From the NCBI RefSeq assembly GCF_006345805.1, contig NC_042998.1, positions 131,440,001 to 131,504,000 on the forward strand: DNA of 64,000 nt, given 5' to 3'. The position numbers and the translations under genes are program-made. Positions 1-14,236 of this stretch are shown piece by piece. The stretch comes from Octopus sinensis (Eukaryota). Every line of letters starts with the position of its first letter. The first letter of the stretch is position 1. The notes under the pieces are model-generated. The model was not told the origin of the DNA. It did no database searches and was given only the letters and a program-made list of their open reading frames with translations.

Positions 1-71
1 TATTTTGTCTTATTCGAAATCACAATTTCATATATTTATTCACACCGATACACATAAACACGCACACTCAC

Positions 72-105
72 ACATATATAAATCTATATATATGTATATA
101 TATAT

Positions 106-162
<57 letters not shown>

Positions 163-270
163 GTATATATATAATATATATACATACATATATTATATAT
201 AATATATAATATAATATATAATATATATATAATATATATAATATATATATATATACATATATACATACAT
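72..270. repeat. (TA)n/(TATG)n microsatellite
   Basis: Directly visible dinucleotide array with occasional phase breaks. Confidence 0.95.
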
Positions 271-436
271 ATATCATTATTAGCAGAGATATACACATAC
301 ATATGTATGTATATTATATACATATGTATCTAAGTTGTATATATACACACACACACACAATTATATATCTGTACATATATACAATGTATGTATGGTATGT
401 ATGTATGGTATGTGTGTATGGTATGTATGAATGTAT

Positions 437-677
<241 letters not shown>

Positions 678-1033
678 TGTGCATTAATTTTCAATAAAGC
701 AATGCATAAAAATAATCACATTTATGATTTGTATGAAATTACTGACAACGTTTAACTTAATTACATTATAATTTAACACACTAATTACATTTTTTCCTTG
801 ACGCGTGTCAATCAACAATTTCTCCTTAATATTTCCTTCTGTATTATATAATTATTATTATCATCATTATCTTTAATTACTCATTGACATTCTGCCTCAA
901 TGTAACAGGTTGTTAATTTCAGAAGCATCAGAGAATAATTTCGAATCTCAGCATTATATTACATGTCAGTGTGTGTGTGTGCGCGTGTGTGTGTGTGTGT
1001 GTTTATGTGTGTGTGAGTGTGTGTATGCATACA

Positions 1034-1074
<41 letters not shown>

Positions 1075-1712
1075 TCTATATATATATATATACGCATATA
1101 TATATGTATGTAAACATATATATGCATGTATTTGTATATATTTGAGTGTATATATATGTATATAGATATATATGAATATATGTATTCATATATATGGATA
1201 TATATTTTAATGTTCATATATATATATATATATATATACATTATATATGTACACATATATCTTCACATATATATATAAATGGATAAATATATATATATAT
1301 ATATTCATATATATAAATATATATCAATATGTGTTGTGTATATATATGTATATATATGTGTGTGTATCACTATGGTTTCAAGATTGGGTTACAAGTAGCG
1401 TTTTACACGCTATTATTTTTCTAACGATTGTGGTGTGACACACTACATTCTGCTTAAAATTTATATTTTGATTCTATGAGTTCTATTGAGCGTTGCATTA
1501 AATTATCTACTAAATAAATCGAACCTATCCTACAAGCAGTCCATACATACCTATATGCACACTTACATTAACTTGTGATCTAGTAACGGGATGATCTAGT
1601 GCAATATACTGTATCGTCTTTAGACTAGATAGAATGGGGATGTACCATGTTGGTCTGGTGTTCATTCCTGAACAGTTACGGAATCGGAGTCTCGAATATT
1701 TCGGACACACTA

Positions 1713-2046
1713 AAATAAGAATAATTGGCACTTCGTCAGTTCCGACGATGAGGGTTGTAGTTGATCTGCTGAATGGAACAGCCTGCTCGTGAAATTAACG
1801 TGCTAATGGCTAAGCACTCCACACACACACACACACACACACACCCTTAACGTACTTTTCAGACAAATTCAGCTTGACACCAAATGTGACAAGGCTGACC
1901 TTTTGAATTACAGGTACACCTGATGTTTAACAGTTGAATGGACTGGATCAACCTGAAATGAAGAGTCATACTCGAGGACACAATGCGGTGCCAAGAATCG
2001 AACTGAGGATCGTGAGCCGATTACCTTAACCACAAAGCCTTCACTC
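1713..2046 (-). mobile_element. tRNA-derived SINE (family D, CORE-like)
   Basis: On the minus strand: Pol III head with B-box-like CAGTTCGATTC and a CORE-like TCCTCGAGTATGACTCTT segment, an internal (TG)n and a 3' tail. Family identity is from recall, not from a search. Confidence 0.65.
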
Positions 2047-2689
2047 AACATACAGCAATCGAACCGGAAGTTTTGAACTCATAATCAGAGTAATCTATTA
2101 TTCTATCTACTTGACTATCTTACCTCTAGAGTTTTGAAACTAAAACATATAATATATATTAATACTTATAACTGTTTTTCGTTTTTTTTTTCTTCTTTTT
2201 CACTATTTGAGCCAAGCATCAAAATGTTGCAATGGTTTCCATAATATTCTCTGTACCTTTCTTCCAATTATTCTGTTATACTGTCTGGTGGTCATTGATG
2301 CAAAAACTGATCTTTCTATAGTCTCCACATTTCATCAATTTCCATGCTTTACTTAACTCATTAATATCAGCATTAATTTCACATAAATCTGGGTGGGGGG
2401 AAGGAAATGAAGACTGGGAAAAACTCACAATTAAGACAAAATAATTTCATAATTGAAAACATATACATATATATATATATGTGTGTGTGCGTGTATGTGC
2501 ATGCGTGTGGGGGGAGGTGCGTGCGCGTGTGTGTGTGCCTGCCTGCGTGTGTGTGTATGCAAATAACATAGGTGTAATGTACTTTAAATGCATACACATA
2601 CACATATTTTTATGTATTTGTGTGTATGAATATTTAATATATACAGAAACACACTCACACACATGCACATACACACACGTATGTATATA

Positions 2690-2874
2690 TGTATGTGTGT
2701 ATGTATATATGTATGCATGTATGTATGTATATATACATACATATATATATACCATCATATATAAATATACATACATATATGTATATATATATACCCATAT
2801 ATATATATAATATAATATATATATATATATATTATATATATATAATATATATATATATATATACATACATACAT

Positions 2875-2916
<42 letters not shown>

Positions 2917-2990
2917 ATATATACATACATACAACATAAATATAATATATATATATATATTATTATATATATATTATATATATATATACA
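2690..2990. repeat. (TA)n/(TATG)n compound microsatellite
   Basis: Directly visible. Confidence 0.95.
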
Positions 2991-3460
2991 TGTATATGCA
3001 TATAAACGACAGGAATATGTAAAATTCTTTTCGTATTATTTATTCTCCACTACACGTGTTTCATTTTCGAATAGAAATTACAAAGATTTACATGTTATAT
3101 ACACATTGCAAGGAATTTTCTATTTGGGAAATCGACAAAACAAATTTCAAAAAAAAATTGCCTGTCGATTTCTCTAAGAAAAAATCCCTTACATGCCTAT
3201 ATAACATGTATATCATTGTGATTCCTATTAGAAAATGAAATACATGTAAAGGAGAATAAATAATAACAACACATTTTCATTTTCCTGGTTTGTCTATTAA
3301 ACAATTCTTCACATAATATTTCCATAATCTTCAGTTTCAATGTGTGTTTTGATTTACATATAACAGTAATAATACATATTGATTGTCATAATGTAATGAG
3401 CTGATGTGCTCTAGAAGAAACAGCTGGGATTACCCTAACACCCTATAATATATATATATA

Positions 3461-3552
<92 letters not shown>

Positions 3553-3567
3553 GTGTGTGTGTATGTA

Positions 3568-3609
<42 letters not shown>

Positions 3610-4219
3610 TTTTTTAACAGTCCTTTGACTGCGACCATGCATGGGTACCACCTTAAAGGGTTTTTTTCTTTTGTTAGTCGAAAAAGTCGGCCCAAGGATT
3701 TGTGGTGGTATATGTGCCTTCTTGTGTGTGCGTGTGAGTGTATGTGGAATTGTATGTACATGCGTGTATATGTGTACCTCTGTGTGTGTGCGTTGTGTAT
3801 GTGTGTGTTGTACGTGTGGAGAGTTGTGTGTTGAGGTATATCACCTTCACAAAATTCATCATATTGAGAACGATTATGTCACCTTAATCGAACCGCAAAT
3901 GAGTATTTGCTCGCATATATACACGCACCAATGGACTAATTTGAGAGTACATTTCCAAATTGTCAAATCTTCATACTTCAGCACCCAACACCGAATGCCT
4001 TTAATAGATTAGAGTCGATTTAACTTTCTTTTCGTTAAATAATTTTCGATATCAGGGAGTACTATAAGAAACATCGTGTACTTTTGGGACGTTCATAATG
4101 TACATAATTCTCTTGAAAGTACGTTTTAGACTTTATAGCGACAGAGTCTTGCACAGCACGCGCTGATTATCAATTAACATGTACTTACGACAAGAAAAGA
4201 TCAAAGTGATTGGTGGAAG

Positions 4220-4570
4220 CATCAATCGGATGTTTCATATTAAAGTTTACTTCTGCTACTCTTTACAAATCCCTGTAATCTATATGACACTTGATGGTTA
4301 TGGTTCAGAGTTTTCCAACTTCATGATGAATGTTCTGACTAGTGCTGGAGTGCATCATACCCAAGTTTTCGAGTACATAATCGGTACATTTTACACTTGA
4401 CACAGACGTGTCAGAATAGGGGTGTTGTTTAAATATGGAAAGTCATCCTATCCAGTATCGTATGCGACAAATTGGTCATGTCATCCGTCCTGACGATTCC
4501 AGTCTCCAAAGCAATTAATGTATTGCAGATTAATTCTCGGTAAGCGCCCCAATCATAAACTAAGGGGATT
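4220..4570 (+). mobile_element. Degenerate RTE-clade LINE ORF 3' fragment
   Basis: Across one frameshift reads YRMRQIGHVIRPDD..PKQLMYCRLILGKRPNHK. This resembles the RTE C-terminal motif LRWxGHVxRMxDxRxPKQLxYGELxxGKR. Confidence 0.5.
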
Positions 4571-4760
4571 TCATGGGGTCCCAAAAGAAAATATCTTGTA
4601 CTGAACAAAATAAAACCACCTTGACCCCCAAAAATAGCAAATGGCGGTCGAACAGCACTCATTTTCAGAAAGATTGAATTGATTATTCTACAGAGAAACA
4701 TAACTTTCGTGAACTGCCAGCTGTTGAATTTCTGTATGATAGGAGGTCCGGGTCTAGGGT

Positions 4761-5292
4761 GCGAATTCTTTTCCCACAAAAGTTCCGGTCGCCAGTAATG
4801 AACTCATTTGCACACAGCCAATCAGAGCTCACCTTGACAAGGTAAAGTTAACAAACACATTCTACCGACTAAACTCAAGACGAAGAACGGTGTTATAAGT
4901 CGACCGATCGCCAAGTTATGCCTGATTTTAGGAGACAAGTAATTAGATTTGCATCTATACCTCTAATCGGATTTTCCTAGGGCCCCATATGGTAAAGACG
5001 TAGATGGAAAAAAATGTGATTAGAAGGTGATGTGCTAGTAACTCTCTTCCTTTACTGTTTTAGAAAGTAAACAATAAGACAAATAACTACGCAGAGTCAG
5101 CCACGGTTGAAAGAAGACCAAGAACACAAGCATTATCAAACGAGAAAAGAAACATGGTTATTCCTTACCCAAATGACCTTACGCCCATTATTTGGTATGT
5201 TTTCATAAACTAGTTTGAGTTGAGCTCTGATTGGCTGTATGCAAATGAATTCATAACTGGAGTCCGGAACTCTCGTGGGAAAAAAAATTCGC
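4761..5292. mobile_element. Non-autonomous inverted-repeat element (MITE-like), ~71-bp arms
   Basis: 4761-4831 is the near reverse complement of 5221-5292. The ~390-bp interior is non-coding. True termini and TSD are not resolved. Confidence 0.75.
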
Positions 5293-5821
5293 GTCCGGGG
5301 TGATCACACAATATCTGTGGTCGGATTACATTTTCAAAAGCTCGTATATTCATTCATGAACGGCTATACATCAGGAGACCAAAACATAATCTTTATAAGT
5401 ACTATGCTTTAAGCAGTACAAATGGATCACGGTTGTGCTTTATGTCTCAAAGTGTGCTCATCTGCTGCTGAAATGAAAATCAATTTTTAACGGAAGTTCA
5501 ATGATGCAGTAGTGATTCGTGCAATAATTCGTAACAAAAAATTGAGCTTAAGAAAAAAACTGACCTTCGTTTGTCAAAAATAAATTTAAAACAAAGTCAA
5601 GGCCAGGTAGTTATTTGAGCGGCAGTGGTTGAAAGACCATCAAACCTGCTACAGGTATATCTGCAATAAAACATGTGGTGATCCAAATCGATCGTGTGTT
5701 GGACGGGAGCGCGTGTATTATATATAGGCCGATGATGATTAGCAGGCCGAAACTTCGAAATCCTTGACATATCTTTTCTTGTAGAAATATGATACATACA
5801 TATATATATATATATATATAT

Positions 5822-5878
<57 letters not shown>

Positions 5879-5883
5879 ATGCA

Positions 5884-5890
5884 TAGATAA

Positions 5891-5970
<80 letters not shown>
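5884..5970 (+). repeat. (GATA)n array abutting a LINE 3' end
   Basis: Directly visible. Confidence 0.95.
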
Positions 5971-5971
<1 letters not shown>

Positions 5972-6602
5972 TGTTTCTTTATTAGCCACACAGGGCTGCA
6001 CACAGACGGGACAAATTACAAGGTAGAGCTTTTCTTTTTGGGGATAAAAAAAGGGTTTTGGTTTTCGATCAAAAGGGATCGTAAAAGGAAAGAAAGAGGA
6101 AAGCAAAAAAAAAAGGGGGGGTAAAAATAAAAGGAAAAAAATCGATCAATAGGGACCGTTATCACAGAAATGTCAATATAAAGTGTAAAGAGGAGGACAG
6201 GTGAGGTTTACCCGTGGAAAGAAAAGCCTACGGAAAAGACCACGGTAACCTCGGTCAATGAAGTCACATGTTATATTTTTTTACAAATAAGCAACTCTGT
6301 ATTAATGTTTACGGTTCATAGGATCATAGTCAAGGTGGCTTCGTCATTCATACGTGCCGTCCTTGCTACATTCACCCATCTTTTTTTAAAACATCCACTG
6401 GACAAAACTTGCCTCTCTACTCTCACTTATGCTCTCTCACACATACAGTACGTACAACGTAGAGTTGTACAGAGTATTAAAAGAATATTTTTACAGTGCA
6501 AAGATAATCTAATGCAGAATTCCATACGTTGGGTACAGTCAAAAGATATGTTTATTGACAGTCTATTTTGAGTTTCACCACAATATGGGCTGTTCGCGAC
6601 AG
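5972..6602 (-). mobile_element. L1/Tx1-like LINE 3' fragment (LINE-B)
   Basis: Minus strand gives a decayed zinc knuckle (PYCGE..TVNKHIF-DC) and C-terminal VERQVLSSGCFKKRWVNVAR, similar to LEKRCLSECTFQKRWKHVAR of LINE-A. The 3' UTR ends in AGCCCTGTGTGGCTAATAAAGAAAC. Confidence 0.7.
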
Positions 6603-6840
6603 GCTTCTTTCTTTTACTTGTTTTACTCGTTGGACTGCTGCCATGCTGGAGCACTGCCTTGAACTGTTTAAGCGAACAAATTGACACTGGTATCTCTTTC
6701 CTTAAGTCTAGTATTTATACTATCGTTCGCTTTTGCTGAATAGCTAGTTTACGGGGTCGTAAGCAAACAAACACCTGTGAAATTGTGGCGAATAGACACA
6801 AATGCAAAGAAACACACACATTCGTACACACACACGCACG

Positions 6841-6888
<48 letters not shown>

Positions 6889-7699
6889 CACACGTACACT
6901 CATACAAAACATTGGTTGGTTCTGAGCTATAGTAGAAGATACCAAGGACGTCCCGCCTGGGCAGGCAAGGTAGGCAGTGCCTGCTCTGAATAAAATAGAT
7001 CAATAGCTATATTTTTTTATGACAAAATATGCAGATAATTCAATAAAATTATGATGGTTACTCTGATTATTATGCATAGAAGGCGAAACATTTCATTTTT
7101 TTTTTTTTTTTGTAGATTAGGCAGGCATAAGTTGCCCTTGCCTTTCAGTCTCAGTATTGAAGCTACACATAAGACTGCTGTAGAGCACGTGCTGCGTATA
7201 CGCCTACAATAACGTTTTCTTTACGCGCTATAAATGCAGAAGTAATTCTGCCTCCAACTCAGTCGTACGCCTGTGTTTCACCTTTTTTGCGTGTTTTACT
7301 ACATAAACGCCAGCAATTGCCTATTCTGAGTAATTACTGACGGCACTTGCCTGGAAGATATCTAATGTGCCGTGCAGTAGCACAAGAACTGAAACCATCT
7401 ACTACTACAAAGAGAACTTTTTAAACCATGCAACCATGTCTGTGCCTGTGTTTCGAAAACCTATCGAATTTTATTAGCACTCATTATAGTTTCACGTTCA
7501 AAATGGTTCTCACATTATGGCACACTGCAAAAGGTTATAATGGCTCAAAAGCAACCCAATGAGAGAATGCGCAAAGAAATGCGCATGAAGAAGAAATAAA
7601 CATAACAGTTAAAAATTATGAGAAGCAAGTGTCCCAAATTTTCAAATACGCAATATGGAAATCAACTACAGTAACAATAAAAATAGCAACAGTAGCAAG

Positions 7700-7742
7700 T
7701 CAAGTAGTAGTAGTAGTAGTAGTAGTAGTAGCAGCAGCAGCA

Positions 7743-7780
<38 letters not shown>

Positions 7781-7895
7781 GGTGGTGCTGGTGGTGCTGG
7801 TGATGGTGGTAGTGGTGGTGGTGATGGTGGTGGCGGCAGCAGCGGCAGTAGCAGTAGTAGTAGTAGTAGCAGTAGTAGTAGTAGTAGTAGTTGCA
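7700..7895. repeat. Compound trinucleotide repeat (GTA/GCA/GCG/GTG)
   Basis: Directly visible. Confidence 0.9.
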
Positions 7896-9045
7896 GCAGC
7901 AGTGCCAGTATATCTTTTTCTCACTAACATTCACCACTTTGTGTCCTTCTATAACTCTTGGAGACCAAGAAAATTACTGAGGCAAAGAGATTTATGTTAA
8001 AAATGAACAGGAATAGCATAAATAAGGCCCGAAACTGGATCAAAAGAAGATTCAGTTCGCCAGGTTTTAACTTCTCCAGGTCGCCACCATGTTATTGTTT
8101 GATTTAGAAGTGAGCCCTATGTTTAACGAAAACAAATATAAAAATAGAGGCAAGCCTTGATGCCCAATTGCTTTTTCCTCCTTACAGTAATAGGAAATGC
8201 AAATGAAGCGACATTGCATGAATCAGGATTTGAAACCGGGAACTTACCTCTTGTGCAATGTTGCACTTATCATTTTAGTTTCAAATATCGCTGACGCAAT
8301 CATTTTGTATCGCAACGCAAAATTTATTACCACTTACTTACCCATTACCATAGCTCTGCATGTACACCTGACACACATGAATATTATTTTACATATATTT
8401 ACGAATTCACATTGAAGCATGTATTAAATAATGCATACGTCTAACCTGTAGCCGGCTTGAGGAAGCTGGGAAACTTAAAATTTATCGGATCCCCTACGTT
8501 GGATAGGAGGTTAAATCTCGTGTTGTACCGTTCCGCAGGGAAGCTAATAAATTCTAAGCACAAATTTAATACTACATTTTTCTACACGGGCAATGGCCTC
8601 AGTTGCTCTAGGGTTGCAACTGTCTTGTCAGCTTACGTCGTGCACCATTCCACCTCTAAGTTATTTCATATTTTTATTTAATTTTTTTAAATTTTATTTT
8701 AAATTTTACTTATTTTGTTTCTTACTCATTAGTTCCTTTCTTCCAACAACAACCACAACAAAATATATGGTTTTCTCATTGTTAACGAGCATGAAAATTA
8801 TTTTAAGACGTTAGTAAGCAGTTGCTGATTAACCTGATCTCTTTTTAAACTGAAGTGTACAGTAACAGCTTCATTTATGGTGGCAAAAATAGTAACAACA
8901 GCAGCAAAAGTGGCAATGGTTTTTACAAAAGCGTGACTTCGTTTGAAATCAAACAATAGAAAACGTTAATTGATACAACAGCAACAAACACAAGTCCAAA
9001 CATATTGCGAAATAGAAATGAGTAGATGTAATAAGGATGGGGCGA

Positions 9046-9085
<40 letters not shown>

Positions 9086-9900
9086 AGAAAGAAAGAAACA
9101 TCTCTGTATTGAAAATTCACTGTGTACTAAGTCAAAATAATTGATAACAGTTGCTGGGAGTTTTCAAATAACTTTTCTCATACTGTCAGGGCGAATAGAG
9201 AGAGAGGGTGACTCCACCACCCACCCAAAAGCGGCTTTCTCACACTGATTATTCTACCCACTTCACTGTTTTATTTCCAACACTGAAAAAAGCCAAGAGA
9301 GTTTTGTTTTTTTTCATTTGGCTTGCTAGATATAGCAACAAGAATTCGTTTAAACCATACCTTACTAACTTCAAAATGCTGTCGAAGGTGACTTTTTTGT
9401 AACGAAATATTACATAGTTACATGGTGCCAGAAAACGAGAAAAATGGGATGTCCATTGTTAGAAAACATTTGATCAACGTTCTGATCAGAGCTGGCCGAG
9501 GACTAAATGATAGCAACAACAGTGTTCATCACTGTTTCCATATTTAGTTTTAATTTGAACGACTAAATCCATGTTTTACTCATTCACTCTAAGTTATTTC
9601 TTTAAACACACAAATAGCACTTTATCTTATCACTTCAGTTCAGTTGCATTATTTTACAACTGGCTTAGAGCGAGGGAAAAGCACTGGCTATGAACTTTCT
9701 TAAACTTATGAGATTAATGCAGTTTCTGTTCACTTCTAAATTTTGAAAGTCGATGTCTAATAGTGATACTTGGGTAAGAAACATACTTCATGTACGTTGA
9801 GGATCTTCGTAGGGACCTCTTGTGGAAGAGGTTTCTTGCAGAATCTAACGTATGACAGGAGGTAGAATTGTGGGAGAAAGAGAGACAGCTACACCGGAAT

Positions 9901-9957
9901 GGCAACTACATCAGAAAGCAACTACATTAGAAAGGCAACTACATCAGAAAGCAACTA
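9901..9957. repeat. Short tandem repeat, 16-bp GCAACTACATYAGAAA units
   Basis: Three full units plus a partial one, arranged as a 33-bp dimer. Confidence 0.85.
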
Positions 9958-10701
9958 ATATCCAGTTTCCGTTGATTTAAAAGTACATGGCATTCTGTAG
10001 TAAAGAAAGGGGCAGTTATGTCATTAATGAATTGTAGAAACAATGAGAAGACATAGCCAAACCTTTGGGTACAAGAGAATAGATAGCGTTTCAGAGTAAA
10101 GCATTGTCAGAGCATGTTGTAACATTGTGGCCTGAGAGAAAACAACAAATCCAAGAAGTAGTAGACAGATGGAGTCCTCACATTGCTTTCGACAAAGTTT
10201 TCAAGGGCGAGGCCTGCTATTTGCAGCAAGATGGTTTTGTCTATTTGAGAGTTAAATAAATTATTCAAGGATCCAATTACTCGATGGCACGTTACGAAGC
10301 ACCAACTAGTGAGTTCATTACAAGGCGAATAACTAACTTGATTAGCAACAATTGTACACCATCATAGCCCATATAATAAAATCAGGTTGCAATTTACAGT
10401 TTCTGACAATGTTCTGATACATGCAGAAAAATCTTAGATTAACTGGAAAGTGCAGTGCTCATAAAATCATCTTTAAGACTTGATCGGGACTTTATATTAT
10501 CGATCATGAAAGCCGAAGTTAACTATAGAGAAGTTTCAGCTCAGAACTTAAAATAATGTAGCTGAATTCTAAAAACGTATTACATTTCCTGGAAGACAAC
10601 TAATTCTATCATCTTCAAAGTTTTTCCCTCTCTATAAACGATAACCGACTTCTAAAGCAATAAAAAAACTATGGTAAATATATAAATTAAATTTTCTCTC
10701 G

Positions 10702-10742
10702 CTGTTGTTGTTGTTGTTGTTGCTGCTGCTGCTGTTGTTGTT

Positions 10743-10784
<42 letters not shown>

Positions 10785-10805
10785 GCTGTTGTTGTTGTTG
10801 TTGTT
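10702..10805. repeat. (GTT)n microsatellite
   Basis: Directly visible. Confidence 0.95.
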
Positions 10806-11132
10806 TTGCATTCTGTCTTTCTATAGTTACTGCAAATTACATCTGAAGCCTATTTAAAGAACTATTTACGACTAAATGTCGCGATCTTACAACAGAAACA
10901 ATAAACTAAATGAACAGCATTTTTCAAGTTCCCACTTAACCTGGATACTCCATTGGCTTCCTGCTGTGACTCTGCGCAAAGTCCTTCATCTTTGCTGCAG
11001 TTGATCTATGGTACTATGGCGTCTAAATAAAACTAAAAAACCAAGTAAATAACGACAGCAACGGTAACAGCAACAACAATATCAATAGCAACACCAGGAG
11101 CTCACATACATACATACATACATACACACACA

Positions 11133-11191
<59 letters not shown>

Positions 11192-11526
11192 GAAACTACA
11201 CATGTAATTCAAACAATGAGAAACATAAATCTCGGAGAGACATTAATGATAATTCAAATTTTATTTCGAAACCGTAGAGTTTTTCTGTTTGTTTTGCTGT
11301 TATGCCTCTCGACTGGAAGAGGGGGAATTGTCGTGGCGTTTGCTGTTATTGTCGTTGTTTTTCTTGTAGCAATTATGGTGGTGGTGGTGGTGGTGATTGT
11401 GATGGTGGTGGTGGTGGTGGTGGTGGTGGTGGTTGCGCTAGTGATTACGTAGGTGGTTGTCGTCGACGTAGTGGTAGCTGTAGTGTTGCTATAAGGGGTA
11501 TAGAAGTAGATTTCATGACGCTAATT

Positions 11527-11557
<31 letters not shown>

Positions 11558-11749
11558 GGGAGGAGGAGGAAAGGTGAATTGGTCGTCACAGGAGGGTGAG
11601 TATCGGTGGTGGTGGTGGTGGTGGTTTTGGTGGTAATATTGAAACGGCCGATTTTTCTGCAGTGGCTTGTTTTGTTATTATTCTTACTGTTATTATCGAT
11701 GCCGTTGTTGCTATCACCATCATCATCATCATCATCCTCATTGATAATT

Positions 11750-11850
11750 ATAATAATAATAATAATTATTATTATTATTATTATTATTGAGTGAGAGAGC
11801 AGTGCACGCCATCGATTATTATTATCATTATTATTATATTATTATTATCA

Positions 11851-11914
<64 letters not shown>

Positions 11915-12028
11915 CATTATTATTATTATTATTATTATTTATTATTATTATTATTATCAATTATTATTAATTATTATTATTATTATTATTAATTATTATT
12001 ATTAATTATTATTATTATTATTTTATTA

Positions 12029-12061
<33 letters not shown>

Positions 12062-12135
12062 TATTATTATATTATTATTATCAATTATTATTAATTATTA
12101 TTATTATTATATTATTATTATTATTATTATTATCA
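11750..12135. repeat. (ATT)n microsatellite
   Basis: About 380 bp of interrupted ATT. Confidence 0.95.
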
Positions 12136-12690
12136 TTGTCGTTACAGTCGTTGACTGTGGTTGTTGTTGTGCCTCATACGATCGTCGCTGCTCCTTCGTG
12201 TTAATACTGTCATTGCTTCAGTAGTTGTAAGAGATGATAATGAGGATAATGATGGTAATGAGGAGGAGGAAGAGAAAGGGGTTGGGAGGGGCAAAGGAGA
12301 AAGAGGAGGGAGGAGAATAATGAGGAGGAGGAGGAAGAAGAAGAAGGGGAGGGGGAGGAGGATGTATTGTGTTAGGAAGGTGTTTTGTTCTCTGTGTGAT
12401 GTGTGTGTGTGTGTGTGTGTGCTAGAACTTATATAATGTTGAGTTACAATACCTTTCAGATAATAGCATTTTTATATGTATGAATATGTGAGTGTGTGTA
12501 TGCATTCGTGCTTGTATATGCGCGCGAACGTGTAACGCTTATGATTTGAAGTAATAGGAACGCTGGTAGTAAATACGAAGTGGATTGAGGTTTGGAATGG
12601 TTCGGACATGGTTCTAATAGTTCCATACTTCAAGTAATTATTGAGCCACTTTAATATCCTTGCTTCTATAAGCACAAGACATGACCTTAC

Positions 12691-12856
12691 TAATTACATC
12701 AACTCCAGTATTCGAATAGTATTCATTTCATCGACCTCAAAAGGATGGAAGGCGAAGTCGACCTTGGGCAGAATTTGAACTCAGAATGTAGAGCCGGAAG
12801 AAATGCCGCTACACATTTTGCCCAGCCAACTAACGATTCCGCCAGCTCAGCACCTT
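12691..12856 (-). mobile_element. SINE family B copy
   Basis: Head AGGTGCTGAGCTGGCGGAATCGTTAG, B-box GAGTTCAAATT and body CCTTCCATCCTTTTGAGGTCGATG. Confidence 0.8.
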
Positions 12857-12920
12857 AGTGAGTCACTCTAATATGACTCGCTTTTATTTCTTTTTTTTTT
12901 ATTTCTTGAATCACAAAGAC

Positions 12921-13326
12921 TTTACACTTACTCTTTACTCTTTTATTCTTTTATTTGTTTCAGTCATTTGACTATGGCCATGCTTGAGCACCACCTTTAG
13001 TCGAGCAAATCGGCCCCAGGACTTATTCTTTGTAAGCCTAGTACTTATTCTATCGGTCTTTTTTGCCGAACCGCTACGGTGACGTAAACACATCAGCATA
13101 TGTTGTCAAGCGATGTTGGGGGGACAAACACAGACACACAAACATATACACACACTCACATACATATATATATACATATATACGACTGGCTTCTTTCAGT
13201 TTCCGTCTACCAAATCCACTCACGAGGCTTTGGTCGGCCCGAGGCTATAGTAGAAAACACTTGCCCACGGTCCCACGCAGTGGGACTGAACCCGGAACCA
13301 TGTGGCTCGTAAGCAAGCTACTTACT
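12921..13326 (-). mobile_element. SINE family A copy (tRNA head, CORE-like domain), near full length
   Basis: B-box GGTTCAGTCCC, CORE-like GTGGGCAAGTGT, internal (TA)/(TG) tract and GACTGAAACAAATAAAAGAATAAAAGAGTAAAGAG tail. Homologous to 36246-36707, 39681-40045 and 63817-64000. Confidence 0.85.
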
Positions 13327-14129
13327 CTGAAAAATAAAATAAAAATGGATTTGTGACGACCATTTATGTTTCGTTTACACTAGTAGTGATACTGTGTGAA
13401 GTGGTATGATACTCAGGCGGGAATCGAAACTGCGACACAATTTGAGTTCCAAGTTTTTATGAAAAGAATTGAGTCCAGCACCATATGGTGGCATTTACAA
13501 CGTTGCAATTGTTTTATTATCACAGCTATGACTGTTTTGTTACCGATATTGTTCTTGTTGGCTCTGCAACTACTGCTACTGTTGATGTTCGAGTCGTTTG
13601 TTGTTGTTACTCTTATTAGCCTCAATTGATAAAGTTCAGTAGATATATTATATTCTCTTGTGTTTGATTAACTCAATAACTGATTCAATATCTGTCAACT
13701 TACTGCTAAATATATGACTAGTTCGTACACACATGTATATATATATATATATACATATTCTCTTTCACACATGTATATATATATATATATACATATTCTC
13801 TTTCACACAGTTACAGAGCCTTATATTTAAGCATTATATTAGGAGACGTCAAACAAACTACCTGATAAAGAATAGGAAGAAGCAATTTTACTTAAAAAGA
13901 GAGGTGTATTCCATCCATTAGCAATCATACTTTAAAATAAAGATATACTCATTATATTTTATATATTTCTTCTTAAAGAGAGAACTACATAGGATAGCAA
14001 GCGAGAACAGAAATATATACAAATTAATAAATAAACTGCAGGAAGATTTATTGACTACCATATATAGCTAACCAGTCTGGATGTGTAAAGCTTCATATAC
14101 ACGGTAAATAAGATCAAACATAACATAGC

Positions 14130-14140
14130 TGTTGTTGTTG

Positions 14141-14172
<32 letters not shown>

Positions 14173-14236
14173 GGTGGTGGTTGTGGCGGCGGCGGCGGCG
14201 GTGGCGGCGGTGGCGGTGGTGGTGGTGGTGGTGTTG
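14130..14236. repeat. (GTT)/(GGT)/(GGC) compound repeat
   Basis: Directly visible. Confidence 0.9.

Noticed and set aside
7629-8000. Poly-Ser/Gly/Ala/Val ORFs resembling low-complexity proteins
   Set aside because: Compound trinucleotide repeat is open in several frames at once. No flanking domain or splice context.
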